A stretch of DNA of 64,000 nt, taken from the NCBI RefSeq assembly GCF_006345805.1, contig NC_042997.1, positions 202,678,001 to 202,742,000 of the forward strand, given 5' to 3'. The position numbers and the translations under genes are program-made. Below the pieces are notes generated by a model. That model ran no database searches. It worked only from the letters and a program-made list of their open reading frames with translations, and had not been told where the DNA came from. Position 1 is the stretch's first letter. Each line of letters opens with the position of its first letter. Source of the DNA: Octopus sinensis. Its lineage: Eukaryota. This document shows, piece after piece, positions 23,383 to 36,492 of the stretch.

Positions 23383-24009
23383 CTGTAACAACTAATTCTT
23401 CCCATTGATTACTGTTAAATACTGTTTCCAATAATCAGTCAGTTTCCCTTGGATCAACGAGGGAGCCTCTAAGTGGCTGCATGACCTGCTAGAAATAGCA
23501 GCCAAATAGACCATAAATTAGATCCTGTCTTTTAAAGAAATCTCTCTTAAAATTTATATTGGATAACATAGGAATAATGATGCGTGATACATGAAAAAAT
23601 AAGCTTTCAAGGTTGGTCTGCTTTTTGATCAGAAGTTTGATCCATCAGGGCTGACCCAGGGTTAAACAACAACTGTTATCTTTCGGAAAATAACACATTA
23701 CCTTGTAAATAATAAATTTGTTCAAAATCTACCTCTGTGTGCTTGTCAGTTTTTCTATATGTAATGATGAATACTCAATGTTGAAACTTAGTTTCTAAGT
23801 AAATTGGATAGAGTTCCAGAACATAAAAAAGCTAAAATGTTGCAACAGTGACAGACGACGACATTCTCTAGATTGTATCTTAATCACCAAGGGAGATAAC
23901 TCTGAAGTATTTTTACATCAATTATGCAACCATTGATTACAATCTATTTGACCCCCCAGCCAAGTGATATAGGTATGAGTGTGTAATTTCAAAGATTTGC
24001 CCTAATTAC

Positions 24010-24087
24010 TTTAGCTCTCTCATTTGTTTAAAGAAGCAATATTCTGTCACACTGAGACGTGTATGGTACTCTCGTAAATTAGAAAGT
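24010..24087 (-). CDS. Candidate internal exon (LSNLREYHTRLSVTEYCFFKQMRELK)
   Basis: ttttaatcttcag acceptor, aa|gtaatt donor, open in phase 2-2. Confidence 0.3.
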
Positions 24088-24655
24088 CTGAAGATTAAAA
24101 CACTCCCCCCCCCCTCAAATCAACAGATATACTTGTTTACATCATCATTATCATCATCATCATCATCGTTTAAAGTCCGCTTTCCATGCTAGCATGGGTT
24201 GGATGAATGACTGAGGGCTGGCGAACCAGATGGCTGCACCAGGCTTCAATCTTGATCTGGCAGAGTTTCTACAGCTGGATGCCCTTCCTAATGCCAACAA
24301 CTCTGAGAGTGTAGTTTTACATGAAAACATTAAATTCCTTATTGTTGGATCTGAAATGAGAAAGTTGAAGTTAAATGTTTTCTGTGGTGGGTGAGCAACG
24401 TGGATATACACTTGTTATGGTAGGCTGTATTCCCACGAAAATTGCCAAAGTTTCTTATCTTGTTTTTATAATAAACCCAACAGTGTAAAAACAAATATTT
24501 CTAGTTTCTCTTGGATTCTTACTGTAACATGTAAAAATTATCAAAGTTTATGCGAATACTTATCAGCAAATGTGATTCAAAGACTCCCCTTTTGATGTCT
24601 GCTATATAAATATAAAGGATATCATTTTTCAAAGGTATCTAAAGTCTAATATTAC

Positions 24656-24693
24656 CTGCTCTCAGGATAACAATGCCACACACCAACATGAAA
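24656..24693 (-). CDS. Candidate 38-bp exon (FHVGVWHCYPES or FMLVCGIVILRA)
   Basis: ttttcatcag acceptor, cag|gtaata donor; frame ambiguous. Confidence 0.25.
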
Positions 24694-24930
24694 CTGATGA
24701 AAATAGCAGTGTATTATGTAACTAATACAGAATAGAATCAGGGCTGATAAGTTAAAGCTTCATCTTCAGTTTATCTTCTGATGATGTAAATAACAAAACT
24801 ATGGTGGTATTTAGTGGCAATCGATGGAAGTGAATTAAAATTCTTATGTTTGCTGATAGTAAGGAAAAACAAAAATGTCTTCATAGCTTTTCATGCTATG
24901 AAGAGGAGCAGAGTCTCTAAACCATTAGCA

Positions 24931-25205
24931 GATTCTCCAAGGGAAGAGGCTGCATGTATAAATATTTTGCAAGATCTCTAACAGAAAGTGGCAACATCTA
25001 TAAACCCTTTTGTCTGATCTCCAAGAGGAGTAGCAGCATCTAAATCTATTTACAAGGTCTCTAAGAGGAGGGGAAGTGAATATAATTTATTTTCAGGTGT
25101 TTCAAGAAAAGGGCAAAACTCTATAAATCCCCTGCAGTATCTCCAAGTGGAATCCCAGCATTTGTAAATCATTTGCAGGATCTCTGAGAGAAGGGGCAAT
25201 GTTTG
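24931..25205. repeat. Degenerate 40-43 bp minisatellite, 7 units
   Basis: Units start at about 24931, 24973, 25016, 25056, 25096, 25137 and 25178 (gATCTCcAAG...TATAAAT...TTGCA). Confidence 0.75.
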
Positions 25206-25331
25206 TAGTATCACCAAGATTAACAACATGACTGAATGACTAAGAGGTTTGCTTTGTAATCATGAGATCCTGGTTTCAATTCCACTGTAGTATTTTGGAC
25301 AAAGGATATTTTTTTTTACTATAACTTTTAA

Positions 25332-25552
25332 CCCTTTAGTGTTTAAACTGGCCACATCCGGCCCAAAATATTCTACATGTTTTATGTACAAACTGGCCAT
25401 ATCTAGCCTCTCACACCTAACCTACATTGACATTCTAAAAATAAACAATTACATCATTGAAACCTCAAAGCTGTAAGCTAATGTTAGATTAATTAAAAGC
25501 AATTTGAGTGAAAAAGTATTACATTTAACAGAGTTATCTGAACACTAAAGGG
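25332..25552. mobile_element. piggyBac-type MITE, family A, complete
   Basis: TTAA TSDs and perfect 12-bp TIR CCCTTTAGTGTT/AACACTAAAGGG; split copy at about 35992-36556, fragment near 12100-12190. Confidence 0.9.
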
Positions 25553-27059
25553 TTAAGGGATTCAAGCTTTGTGTGTGAAATTGGTTAGATGGAAACTGTG
25601 GAGATGCCAGTTGGATGGATGTATAAAACGTAATTCTATGATCCAGTCTATTTCCACAAGACAAGGCGCAGGAAATTGGTGGTGGTGGTGATGGTAATGG
25701 TACTACTTGTATCTTCTTCCAATCAGAACTTACTCCATTAGCCACAAAGAATAATCTCTAATTCGAGCCTACTCTAAGCTACTAAGAATGCATGTGGCAA
25801 CTTGAAGAGCCACCCACCACACGCGATAGACTGGCGGTTGCACGGGTGTGAAAGCCACACTGTTATCCTCATTTCGTAAGCAGTGGCTTTTAATGGGTGG
25901 AGAGCTGAACCATCATGGGGTACAGAGGATTCACAATCTAGACTAGGGTCTGAAAATTTACCACACCATAGTGGGTTACACCATGGTTCCTCTGCTTTGT
26001 GGCAGAAGTAGGAAGAAAGAGTGAAGAAAGTTGTGGTGAAAAAGTACAGCAGGGTTCACCACCATCCCCTGCTGGAGCTTTGTGGAGCTTAGGTATTTTT
26101 GCTCAATAAACACTCACTATGCCCGGTCTGGGGATGCCCTAACCACTGTGTTATTGCGCCTCCACTACTGCTGGTGTTGGTTGTATTGGTACAATTGAAC
26201 ACACCATTCCTCAGGATTACATTTAAACTGTCTGACCAATGAATTTCACTGTGACCTGGTAAATATAACAGGACACAATTTAGAATGCCTGAGACTGCAT
26301 AGGTTTTAAATGAAAAACAATTCACTGATAAGATAATTTTAAATAACGATGTGGTAGGGATTTCTCTGCATAAACGAATATATAGGTAAGTGGGAGCTGA
26401 TATATTAAACATAGAGAACCAAAAAACTTGTTTGGAGCAATTGAAATTACATCTGTAATGGAAAAAATAATTAGCATTGATAATAATTCTTGTCAAGGCA
26501 GTTAAGGCAGATAACTCTGAAAGCCAAATTAATTTTATTAAAGTTTAAATGGAAGTAAGCAGTAGGGGATTAATCTTTCTGTGGTAAGTATGGTGACAAA
26601 CCCCTGAAAAGAATAGGGTTGAAATGGCTTCTCAGATATGCTCTGAAAATACTGAGCCCACAGAAATTCATGAAATGTATGTAGTATGTAATGTAGACCT
26701 AGTCAACCCACACAAATATAGAAGGATAAATAGTTGTTAAAATAATGATTATGATACCTTCAAGGCCAAAGTCAAGGAAACTAAGAATTATGACAACACC
26801 CACCAGCAGCAACGATAAGGATGAAGACGAGGATGATGATGATGATGATACTGAAAATGACTATCATGTAGATGACGATGACAGTGGCAATGATTATGAT
26901 GATGACGATAATGAGGAGGAGGAGAGTTCAGGAAAAAATTGTTTGCAGTGACAGCAGCAACGGTGGTAGTGATGTTGATGCTGATGATGGTGATGATGAT
27001 GGTGATGGTATCACTGTTGCTACTGCTGCTGCTGCTGTTGTTGTTGTTGTTAAGCAACA

Positions 27060-27560
27060 AGACGGGTATGGGTGATTAGGTGATGGTCTAGGGCTTAGGG
27101 GCGGGAGACCCCAGACCTTGGAAAAAAAAAACTTTGGTCGTCTTGTTGTAGTCGAGGGCTCTTCGTTGACGCCCGACACCACTGGGAGGTGGCCCTCGAA
27201 GTCGCTGGAAATGGAGATCTCCAGGTCCAGATTCTAGGACGGCTGCTGTTGAGTGGTCCTTTGCTATTCGTAAGACCCGCAGAAGAGAAAGCAGGTCAAC
27301 CCCCGACACCGAGAGCATCGACGGATGGATGAATGCGCATCAAGGTTAAGCGGTTGCGTAGGAAGTCGGGGACAAGAAAGAGTGACAGAAAGTTGGAGTG
27401 AAAGAGTACAACAGGGGTCGTCACCACCCCCTGCTGGAGCCTTGTGGAGCTTTAGGTGTTTTCGCTCAATAAACACACACAACACCCGGTCTGGGAATCG
27501 AAACCACGATCCTCCGACTGCGAGTCCGCAGCCCTAACCACTGGGCCATTGCACCTCCTG
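27060..27560 (-). mobile_element. Third tRNA-derived SINE family, CpG-rich copy
   Basis: Head ggtgcaatggcccagtggttagggctgcggactcgcagtcggaggatcgtggtttcgattcc; eroded copy at about 25980-26165. Confidence 0.7.
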
Positions 27561-28080
27561 CTGTTGCTGCTGAAGCTGGTGGTGGCACTAATGCTTGTAC
27601 TCATGCTGTTGGTACTGGTGCTGGTTGTGGTGTTTGCGGTAGTGGAGACGGTAGTGATGGTATTGGTGCTGATGCAAATGCTGGTAGTGTTAGTGCTGCT
27701 GTTGGGTGAGGTGGTGGTGGAGGTGGTGGTAGTGCAGGTGATTACACCATCTGTGAAATAAGTACAAATACTGCTTGCTATTGTCCGACTGTAAATACAC
27801 GGACTGTTTTTAACTGTTCACTACTAAGTGTGACTACAGATATTACAACAATCTTTAGACATAAGCTTTATTGTATTACAAGTTTCATATCTTTAATCTA
27901 TTAAAAGCTTTTCAGACAAATTGATTCGTGATATTTTGATGTTAGGAAAATAATAATAATATAATGATAAAAAATTTTTTTTTAAATAGAAAAAAAAACC
28001 CATCATTGTCTCCTTTTTAATATGGGTGCTTTCCAGGAGGCAAAGCTAGAATTTAAGCAGACTATTTTAAACCTTTGAAA

Positions 28081-28111
<31 letters not shown>

Positions 28112-28489
28112 GGCTTCGAGTTTTGGCACAAGACCCGCAAATTAAGATGTATGGGTAAGTCAGCTACATCAGCCCCAAAGGGATGAAAGGCAAAGTTGAT
28201 CTTGGCAGAATTCAGAATGTAAAGAGCCAGCAGTTATGCCACTAGGCATTTATATCTGGTGCTCTAATGATTCTGCCAGCTTACCATTTTAATAATGATA
28301 ATAATAATAATCATAATAATTCTTTCTAATTTTGGCACAAAGCCAGCAATTTTAAGGGGAAGGGCAAGTTGATTACATCCACACCAGAATTTGACTGAAA
28401 CTATTTTTTTGTCCCCAAGAAGATGAAAGGCAATGTTGACCCGACAGAATTTGAATTCAAAATGTGAACAACCAGATGAAATAATATAA

Positions 28490-28745
28490 TATAATGAAAA
28501 TTATTGTATACAGTGCTCAGGTGCACCACAACTTGTCAGAAAGTGCGTATAAAGCATATGCAGTAATGTACAAATGTCTGGGAAGTAAGCAGTATATGAG
28601 TCAGATACATGTTTGCGTGTGTATGGAGGGGAGAAAGATCAGGAAGCATGGAAGTTTTGAAGGATGCAGTGCTCCGACAACTAACAACTGATGCCGGCAG
28701 TTTGTTCCATGCTTCAGCAACTCTCAGCATGAAAAAATATTTCTG
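28490..28745 (-). mobile_element. CR1-type LINE 3' end
   Basis: KYFFMLRVAEAWNKLPASVVSCRSTASFKTSM followed by an (ATT)n tail; near copy of 43269-43698. Confidence 0.85.
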
Positions 28746-28807
28746 TTCGGTGTTCCAACAATTCTGCTTGTTCATCACTTTAATAATAATGATAATAATA
28801 ATAATAA

Positions 28808-29176
28808 TAACAAGAGCACTCAGAGAGCCCAACCCTCTGCCAAGGCAACACCAACGTCCTCTCAACAATTAGCCAGAGATGATTTTTGAAATGAGAATAT
28901 CTGAAGTAAACTCGACTGCTCTCACAAACAAGAATACTAAAAATTAACTTGACCACTCTCAAAAATTAAATAAAAAAACAGGAAAAATAATCTAGAATCC
29001 TTGTACCAGATTGATCCCAAAATCTAATCAGTTCATGCCAGTCATGAATCCAAACATCCCTGAAAGTTTCATCTGAATCCATCCACCAGTTCTTGAGAAA
29101 TCTTGTCCACAGACAAACAAACAAGTAAACATGACTGAAAGCAATACTTCTGACTTCACTAAGGCAGAGGTAATAA
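28808..29176 (-). mobile_element. Helentron-associated non-autonomous element (HINE/DINE-like)
   Basis: 5' TTATTACCTCTGCC, 3' subterminal inverted repeat CTTGGCAGAGG plus short hairpin CTCTCTGAGTGC; a second 3' end at about 58970-59005 (+). Confidence 0.6.
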
Positions 29177-30793
29177 GGATAATGATGGACTCTACACAAG
29201 TGATTTGTTTATAGTGATCAAATGTATGTGATGTACATTAGCTCACGCTCTCTCCATCAAATCGATGTTGCCTGAATAGATGCATGGTGTGCCACACATC
29301 AGGTGTTAAAGTGATTGCACAGCAATGTGAGATGAAGTGCTTGCTCAAGAACACAATGCACCACCCAGTCTAGAAACTGAAACCATGATCTTGAGATCGT
29401 GAGTGCAACACCCTAATTACTAAACCATGCATCCTCATAATAATAATCATCATCATCATCATCGTTTAGCGTCCGTTTTCCATGCTAGCATGGGTTGGAC
29501 GGTTCAACTGGGGTCTGGGAAGCCAGAAGGCTGCACCAGGCCCAATCTGATTTGGAAATATATTTCTACGGCTGGATGCCCTTCCTAACACCAACCACTC
29601 CATGAGTGTAGTGGGTGCTTTTTACGTGCCAGACGAGTCTGGCAAACGGCCACGATCGGATGGTGCTTTTTATGTGCCACCGGCACGGGGGCCAGGCGAG
29701 GCTGGCAACGAACACGAACGGATGGTGCTTTTACATGCCACCGGCACGAGGCCAGTCGGGGCGGCGCTGGCAACGGCCACGAACGGATGGTTCTCTTACG
29801 TGCCACCGGCACTGGTAACTCAGCATCCTCGTAATAATAATAATAATAATAATAATAATGTTAATAATCCTTTCTAATTAATGCACAAGACCTGGAATTT
29901 GAGGGGAGAAGGGATAGTTAATCACATCAACTCCAGTACTTGACTGGTACTTAATTTACTGACCCCCAAAAGGATGAAAGGCAAAGTCAACCTCAGCAGA
30001 ATTTGAACTTAAAACGTTAGCCCTTTTGATACCCACCTAACTGAAACCGCTTCTGGCTCTGTAGTACAAATGTCTTGTTTTCATAAGTTTTGAATCAAAA
30101 TCTTCCACCAGACCTTAGTCACAATTTATGTTCCTAACACTAGCTGAATGATGACTAAGTTATTTTACTAAATTCTTTGTTATATATAATGTAATTGAAA
30201 GAAACACAGAGCATCTCAACAGAAATTTGGTAACAAAAGAGTCAAGATGAATGAAATACTGCTGGACAATAATAATAATCCTTTCTACAGGTGGCATAAG
30301 GCCTCAAATTTGTGGGGAGGGGACTAGTCAGTTATATTGACCCCAGTGTTTCACTGGTACTTAATCTATTTACCCCAAAACGATGAAAGGCAAAATAATA
30401 ATAATTTTTTCAAATTTTGGCACAAGGCCAGCAATTATGAGGGGAGAGGCTAATCAATTACATCAGTGCCAGAACTTAACTGGTGCTATATTTCATTGTC
30501 CCCAAGGGGATGAATGGTAAAGCTGACCTGGCAGAATTTGAACTCAGAATACAAAGAGCCAAAGGAAATGCTGCTGAGCAGCTTTGTCCAATGAGCTAAC
30601 AATTCTACTAGTTTACCACTCTTTTGCTTGATTCAGTCATCTGACTGTGGCCATGCTGGAGCACCACCTTTAGTTGAGCAAATTGACCCCAGGACTTATT
30701 CTTTGTACTTTATTCTATTGGTCCTTTTTGCCGAACCGCTAAGTTACAGGAACGTAAACACACCAGAGACAAACACAGACACACAAACATATA

Positions 30794-30843
<50 letters not shown>

Positions 30844-31309
30844 ATATATATATATATATATATATATATACGACTGGCTTCTTTCAGTTTCTGTCTACCA
30901 AATCCACCCACAAGGCTTTGGTTGGCCCGAGGCTATAGTAGAAGACACTTGCCCAAGGTGCCACACAGTGGGACTGAACCCGCAACCATGTGGTTCGTAA
31001 GCAAGCTATTTACCACACAGCCACTCCTACACCTTTAAGAATCTAAGCAGAATATTTTAAATTCTTTACAGAAAAATATCCTAATAATCCTACCTCCTTA
31101 GGCACAGGGCTTGAGATTTTATAGGGGACTTGCTGATTATGATGACCCCAGTGCTCAACTGGTGCTTATTTTATTAACCCCAAAAGGTTGAAAGGCAATT
31201 TCTGCAGGATTTGAACTCAAAATATAAAGCTGGAAGAAATGTGTGATGTGTTTTGTCTGACATGCTAACAATTCTGTCAACTCATTGCCTTAATAATAAT
31301 AATAATAAC

Positions 31310-31358
<49 letters not shown>

Positions 31359-31550
31359 GCAATAATAATAATAATAATAGCAATGATGATGATGATGATG
31401 ATGACGACGACGACGACGATGATGATGATGATTGATAACGATGATGATGATGATGACGACGACAACGATGATGATGATGATGATGATTGATGATGATGAT
31501 GATGATTGATGATGATGATGATGATGATGATAATGATGATATGATGATGA

Positions 31551-31586
<36 letters not shown>

Positions 31587-31622
31587 GCAGTGGTGGCGGC
31601 GGCGACGGCGGTGGTGGTGATA

Positions 31623-31655
<33 letters not shown>

Positions 31656-32593
31656 TTTGTGAATTCAGTACTTAGGTGCACTATAAACTTGCCAGAAAGT
31701 TAAAGGAGGGGACAGAAAGCAGACGTATAAGTTAGGTAAAGAAAGAACAGCAATGAAGGCTGGAAGTATCCATGCACAGAACACCAGAATAAGAAGTTAA
31801 ATGGCTGATCAGATAAAGACTCCAATGAAATTTGCAAAGATTCATAATTTATACATTAAGAAAACAAAAAACAAACAAAAACACTTGATTTTGTTTTGTC
31901 TTCTATCAAAGAAATTATTTTCTTTCTAAATAAATATGGAAGGAAAACAGGATGCTGAAAGCATCTGAGATGATAAGGCAGCTGGAATAGACTGGTTAAA
32001 TAGAAAGAAGTGTTACAGTCAAGACAAATACCATTATTTTCCTCATTCTAGTTATGAGAGAAAGAAAACTTGGCAAGGTTTTCCAGGCCTGATAAAGATC
32101 TATTTTATACTCAATGGAAATGAAGAATGTTCATATATATTTGTGTATTATGAATTGTTTGTGGAGGAAAGTAAGCTCATATAATTGTCTAGTAAATCAC
32201 AGTCAACTTGCTGTGTATTGCTACCCAAACTAATGTAACATAATCAGTTGTTTCGGTTCAAATTCTAACTGGAATAATCTTTGCTATTCGAATTGTTTGG
32301 TAAAAATTCATGCAAAACTTATACTTGAGTTTAGTCCCAAGATACACTTCACAGTTGTTCTGGGATGCATCATCAATGAGGTTTGCGAGGTCTTGTTGGG
32401 GATTTTGAATCATTCAATATCAGACTCCCTCGCCCAGTTGACCCAGGCAGGATTAATCAAGTCCCAGCTTGCATCCCAGTGGCAGCAAACCCCTGGTCTG
32501 TTTTCTTTATCCAAAGTCACCCTGTGGCCTTCTCTGCAGCTTTAGTAATGGAATTTACGACCCTCTTCTTTACTACAACCAGTAACTCTAAAC

Positions 32594-33089
32594 CAGTGGT
32601 TCTCAACCAGAGTCCATATAGCCCCTGAAGGTCCATGTAAAACTTTTGAGGGTCTACACAACAAAATAGTAGATCAGGCATCTACAATAATATTCTAAGG
32701 GTCACTGAAAACATTTTGTTTCAGATAAATGTATTGCAAGACTGCTAGGTTGCTTTCACTAGCATTTTACATAGTTCAACTGACACAAATTAATGCATGA
32801 AAAGTTAAAATAGGAATTTTGAAAGAAGTATGTATAAAACTAGTTTTCAAACATAAAAAGGGCTATGGGGTGGGGAGAGGGCATTAGGAAGGGCATCCAG
32901 CTGTAGAAAACCATGCCAAATCAGACTGGAGTCTGGTGCAGCCTTCCAGCATGGACAACAGACATTAAATGATGATGATGATGATGATGACTTGTTTGAT
33001 TCTTCCAATCCCTCATCTCAAACATTTCTAGCTAAAATAGATCATGAAATGAAGGGGATCTATACATAAAAAATGGTTGAGAACCCCTG
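32594..33089. mobile_element. hAT MITE with nested RTE 3' tail (about 32880-32990)
   Basis: 15/16 TIR CAGTGGTTCTCAACCA; perfect 8-bp TSD ctctaaac. Confidence 0.9.
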
Positions 33090-33801
33090 CTCTAAACCCA
33101 GTCAGAACTTTGCAGAATGAATGCCCCACAAAATTTTAGCAGCCAACTTCAATTGACTCCCAACATGTCTGCCAGCTCTGGCTTCTGTACTACACCACAG
33201 TTTGGCAAACTTTCTCTCATAAGTCTGTAGTTATGATGATCTTCCCACTAGCAGAAATTATATTACATCTAAATACAACTAAACAATTATGTTTTCATTT
33301 CCTAATGAACTAAATTACATTTAGTATTATGGAAGTGATTTGAAACTGTATCTTTGGATATGCAGTCAGACATCATAAGCAAACCACCATAGTTCATGTG
33401 ATTGGTTTATTAACCGACCAATCATCATGAAGCAATGGTGTGGACAGGTTTTCTCAAACATTCTAGGATTTGAAACCATTTGGTATGCATTTTTATTGGC
33501 CTGACAACCGGCACTCCGTAGATCTTAAGTGTATTAACCCTTTTCATACCAATCCACCCAAGACTGCCCTTGGTTCTATGATACAAATTTCTTGTTTTAA
33601 AGTGATCTAAATTAATGCATTCCATCAAAATTTCATGTTGATTTGTATTTCAAACACCAGCTGAATAATGACAGCCATCTTAAGTTCTTCCCTATTTTCA
33701 TAATTGATTGAAATACTATGGTTTGCAGCACAGAAGATGCTGCATAGTGGAAGACACATCCTGATTTTGGAATTCTAATCAAAAAGGATTTTAAAACTCA
33801 C

Positions 33802-33867
33802 TTTAGTTGGTATGAATTTGGTTACATGTGCTTCAACAACAGGAACAAAATGACATGACATAGCTTC
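33802..33867 (-). CDS. Candidate 66-bp symmetric exon (EAMSCHFVPVVEAHVTKFIPTK)
   Basis: Pyrimidine tract plus tttccag acceptor, consensus aaa|GTGAGT donor, open in phase 0-0. Confidence 0.4.
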
Positions 33868-36347
33868 CTGGAAATTCTCGCCTCACTGGCAAAAACAGGA
33901 AAACTTCTCTTATCTAAAGATAAAATGATGTTCATAGAGGCATTTGATTGTGCCATGCTGGTTGGTCTATCATACAATGTGATTGGATACAAAAGTGCAT
34001 CCTGTGTAAAACTAGACCAATCCAAGAAAGGAACTCAGTTAAGTATAACACCATCACATGACTGGTTTATGTGACCAATTGTTAGAAACATGCAGGGTGA
34101 ACTGTTTTCCTAAATGATGTGACAATTTATAACAACAGTCTTGCCACATCACTAAAGCCTTGTTCACATTTTGAAGTAGTACCAAGCAGGCATACACTAA
34201 ATGTCTGTTATCAAACAAAAATGGCAGACAAACCAGCCAAGTGCTCCTGCCTGTCGTTAAGTGAAATTGTCAAACAATGGTTACCTAAATGGTGTTTTGC
34301 TGCTCTTTACTGTAACTATCCTGCAATTCTCAGCATCGGGGAAGATGCATGGTAATTGATTTTCAAGGCTATTTTGTCAAGGTATTTCAAAGTATTTGGC
34401 ATCTTCTATCCCAGAAGATTATGGTAAATGTAAGATATTTCAACAAAAATATGGTAAGAAAAGGGTTAAGTTTCTGTTTTCCTCTTTTTTCACTATTTCC
34501 ATGTATATACATTACAAGTATTGATTTCAAATTTTGGCACAAGGCCAGCAACTTCAGAGGAGGGGATAATTCAATTACATCAACCCCAGTGCATAGCTGG
34601 TACTTATTTCATTGACCCTAAAGGATGAAAGGTAAATTTGACCTCAACAGAATTTGAACTTAGAACATAAAGACGGACAAAATGGCACTAGGCATTTTAC
34701 CTGGTGGGCCAAAGATTCTGCCAGCTTGTAGCCTTATCACAAATATTAATTCACACATTTGAGTGGCAACAGCCATTTAGCACAGTTTTAGAAAAGCAGA
34801 AATTTGCACCAAGTTTTTCAGACAAGAAAAACTCTTTTCTAAACAAATTCAGATAAAGAAAATAAAATTATTCAGTAGAGTGTTAGAGGAAAACAACTTT
34901 GGAAGAAAATATTTTCAAAATGATAAATCCAATTTTTTTTATGTTTAAGATATAATTTAATTTAGATTTTTTAATTTAGTTCAACAACAGAAATAGAAAA
35001 TTTATTTCAGAAGCTCAGCAAAAGAAGTCGGTGAGAAAAAGTAAATGTTTACATGTCATTTTTAATTTATTCTTTGTATTTGCTTTATTCTTTCAACTTT
35101 ACAAAATGTATGTAATGTAAGCATGCATTTCTGTTTATTTCCATTTTCTTTTTGATGTCCGATATATATTATTCTTAAACAGAAACATTATTGATAGTGA
35201 CTTCGAAGTTTCAGCCAGCTAAGCCATTTTCGGACTCATCAGCATCATCGTTTAACGTCCACTTTCCATGCTAGCATGGGTTGGACGATTTGACTGAGGA
35301 CTGGTGAGCAAGATGGCTGCACCAGGCTCCAATCTGATTTGACAGAGTTTCTACAGCTGGATGCCCTTCCTATTGTCAACCACTCTGAGAGTGTAGTGGT
35401 GATTTTATGTACCACTGGCACAAGGGCCACTCAGGTGGTACTGTCAACGGCCACACTCAAATGTTGTTTTTTATGTGCCACCTGCACAGGAGCCAGTCCA
35501 GTGGTACTGGCAACAACCTCGCTCCCATGCTGGTGCTGTATAAAAAAACACTCAGTGCACTCCACTCTGTAAAGTGGTTGGCATTTGGAAGGGCATCCAG
35601 TTGTAGAAGCCATGCTAAAACAGACAAGTGGAGCCTGGTGTAGCTCTCCGGCTTGCCATCTCCTGTCAAACTGTCCAATCCATGCCAGCATGGAAAATGA
35701 ACATTAAATGATGATGATGGTGGTGGTGGTGGTGGTGGTGGTGGTGATGATGATGATGGTGATGAACAACTAGCTTAATTTAGTAATCCATTAGTAAGTG
35801 TCAGCTGCTTTATTTCCTGCGATAGTACAACATCCCAAGATGTATACTTTCAAAGATTCAAGAGGGATGTTCAGGACATCAGCTCAACCAATCAAGACTA
35901 GCATAGTGGCCATGGTCACTGCTCCCTCTTTCAAACCCTGCAAGTACACAGAATTTTAAATTTAATTGTCACCTCCAAAGTTACTCATTTCATCCTTTAG
36001 CACTGAAACTGACAATGTTTGGCCCAAAGATTCTACCTGTTTTATGTTGAAACTGGCTGGATCCAGCCTCTCACATCTAAAAATAAACAGTCTCAAAATA
36101 AACAGTCACATAATCAAAATCTTGAAGATGCTAGGTAATGCATGATACTGGTGTCATGCAAATGGCACCCGTGCCAGTGGCACCGAAAAGCACCCATTAC
36201 ATTCTCAGAGTGGTTGGCATTAGGAAGGGCATCCAGCCATAAAAAGAACCATGCCAAATCAGACTGGAGTCTACTGCAGCCTTCTAGCTTGCCAGCCCTG
36301 GTCAAATCATCCAACCCATGCCAGCATGGACAACGGATGTTACATGG

Positions 36348-36378
<31 letters not shown>

Positions 36379-36401
36379 GGTGGTGATGATGGTGGTGATG
36401 G

Positions 36402-36448
<47 letters not shown>

Positions 36449-36455
36449 GTGATGG

Positions 36456-36492
<37 letters not shown>

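Noticed and set aside
26745-27761. Asp-rich and hydrophobic (membrane-like) ORFs
   Set aside because: (GAT)n/(GGT)n/(GCT)n trinucleotide runs next to a SINE
31253-31681. Poly-N/poly-D ORFs
   Set aside because: Pure AAT/GAT microsatellite
34981-35222. Two-exon reading STTEIENLFQKLSKRSRNIIDSDFEVSAS* on the plus strand
   Set aside because: Short, equally plausible frames exist on the minus strand, and it is within chance expectation
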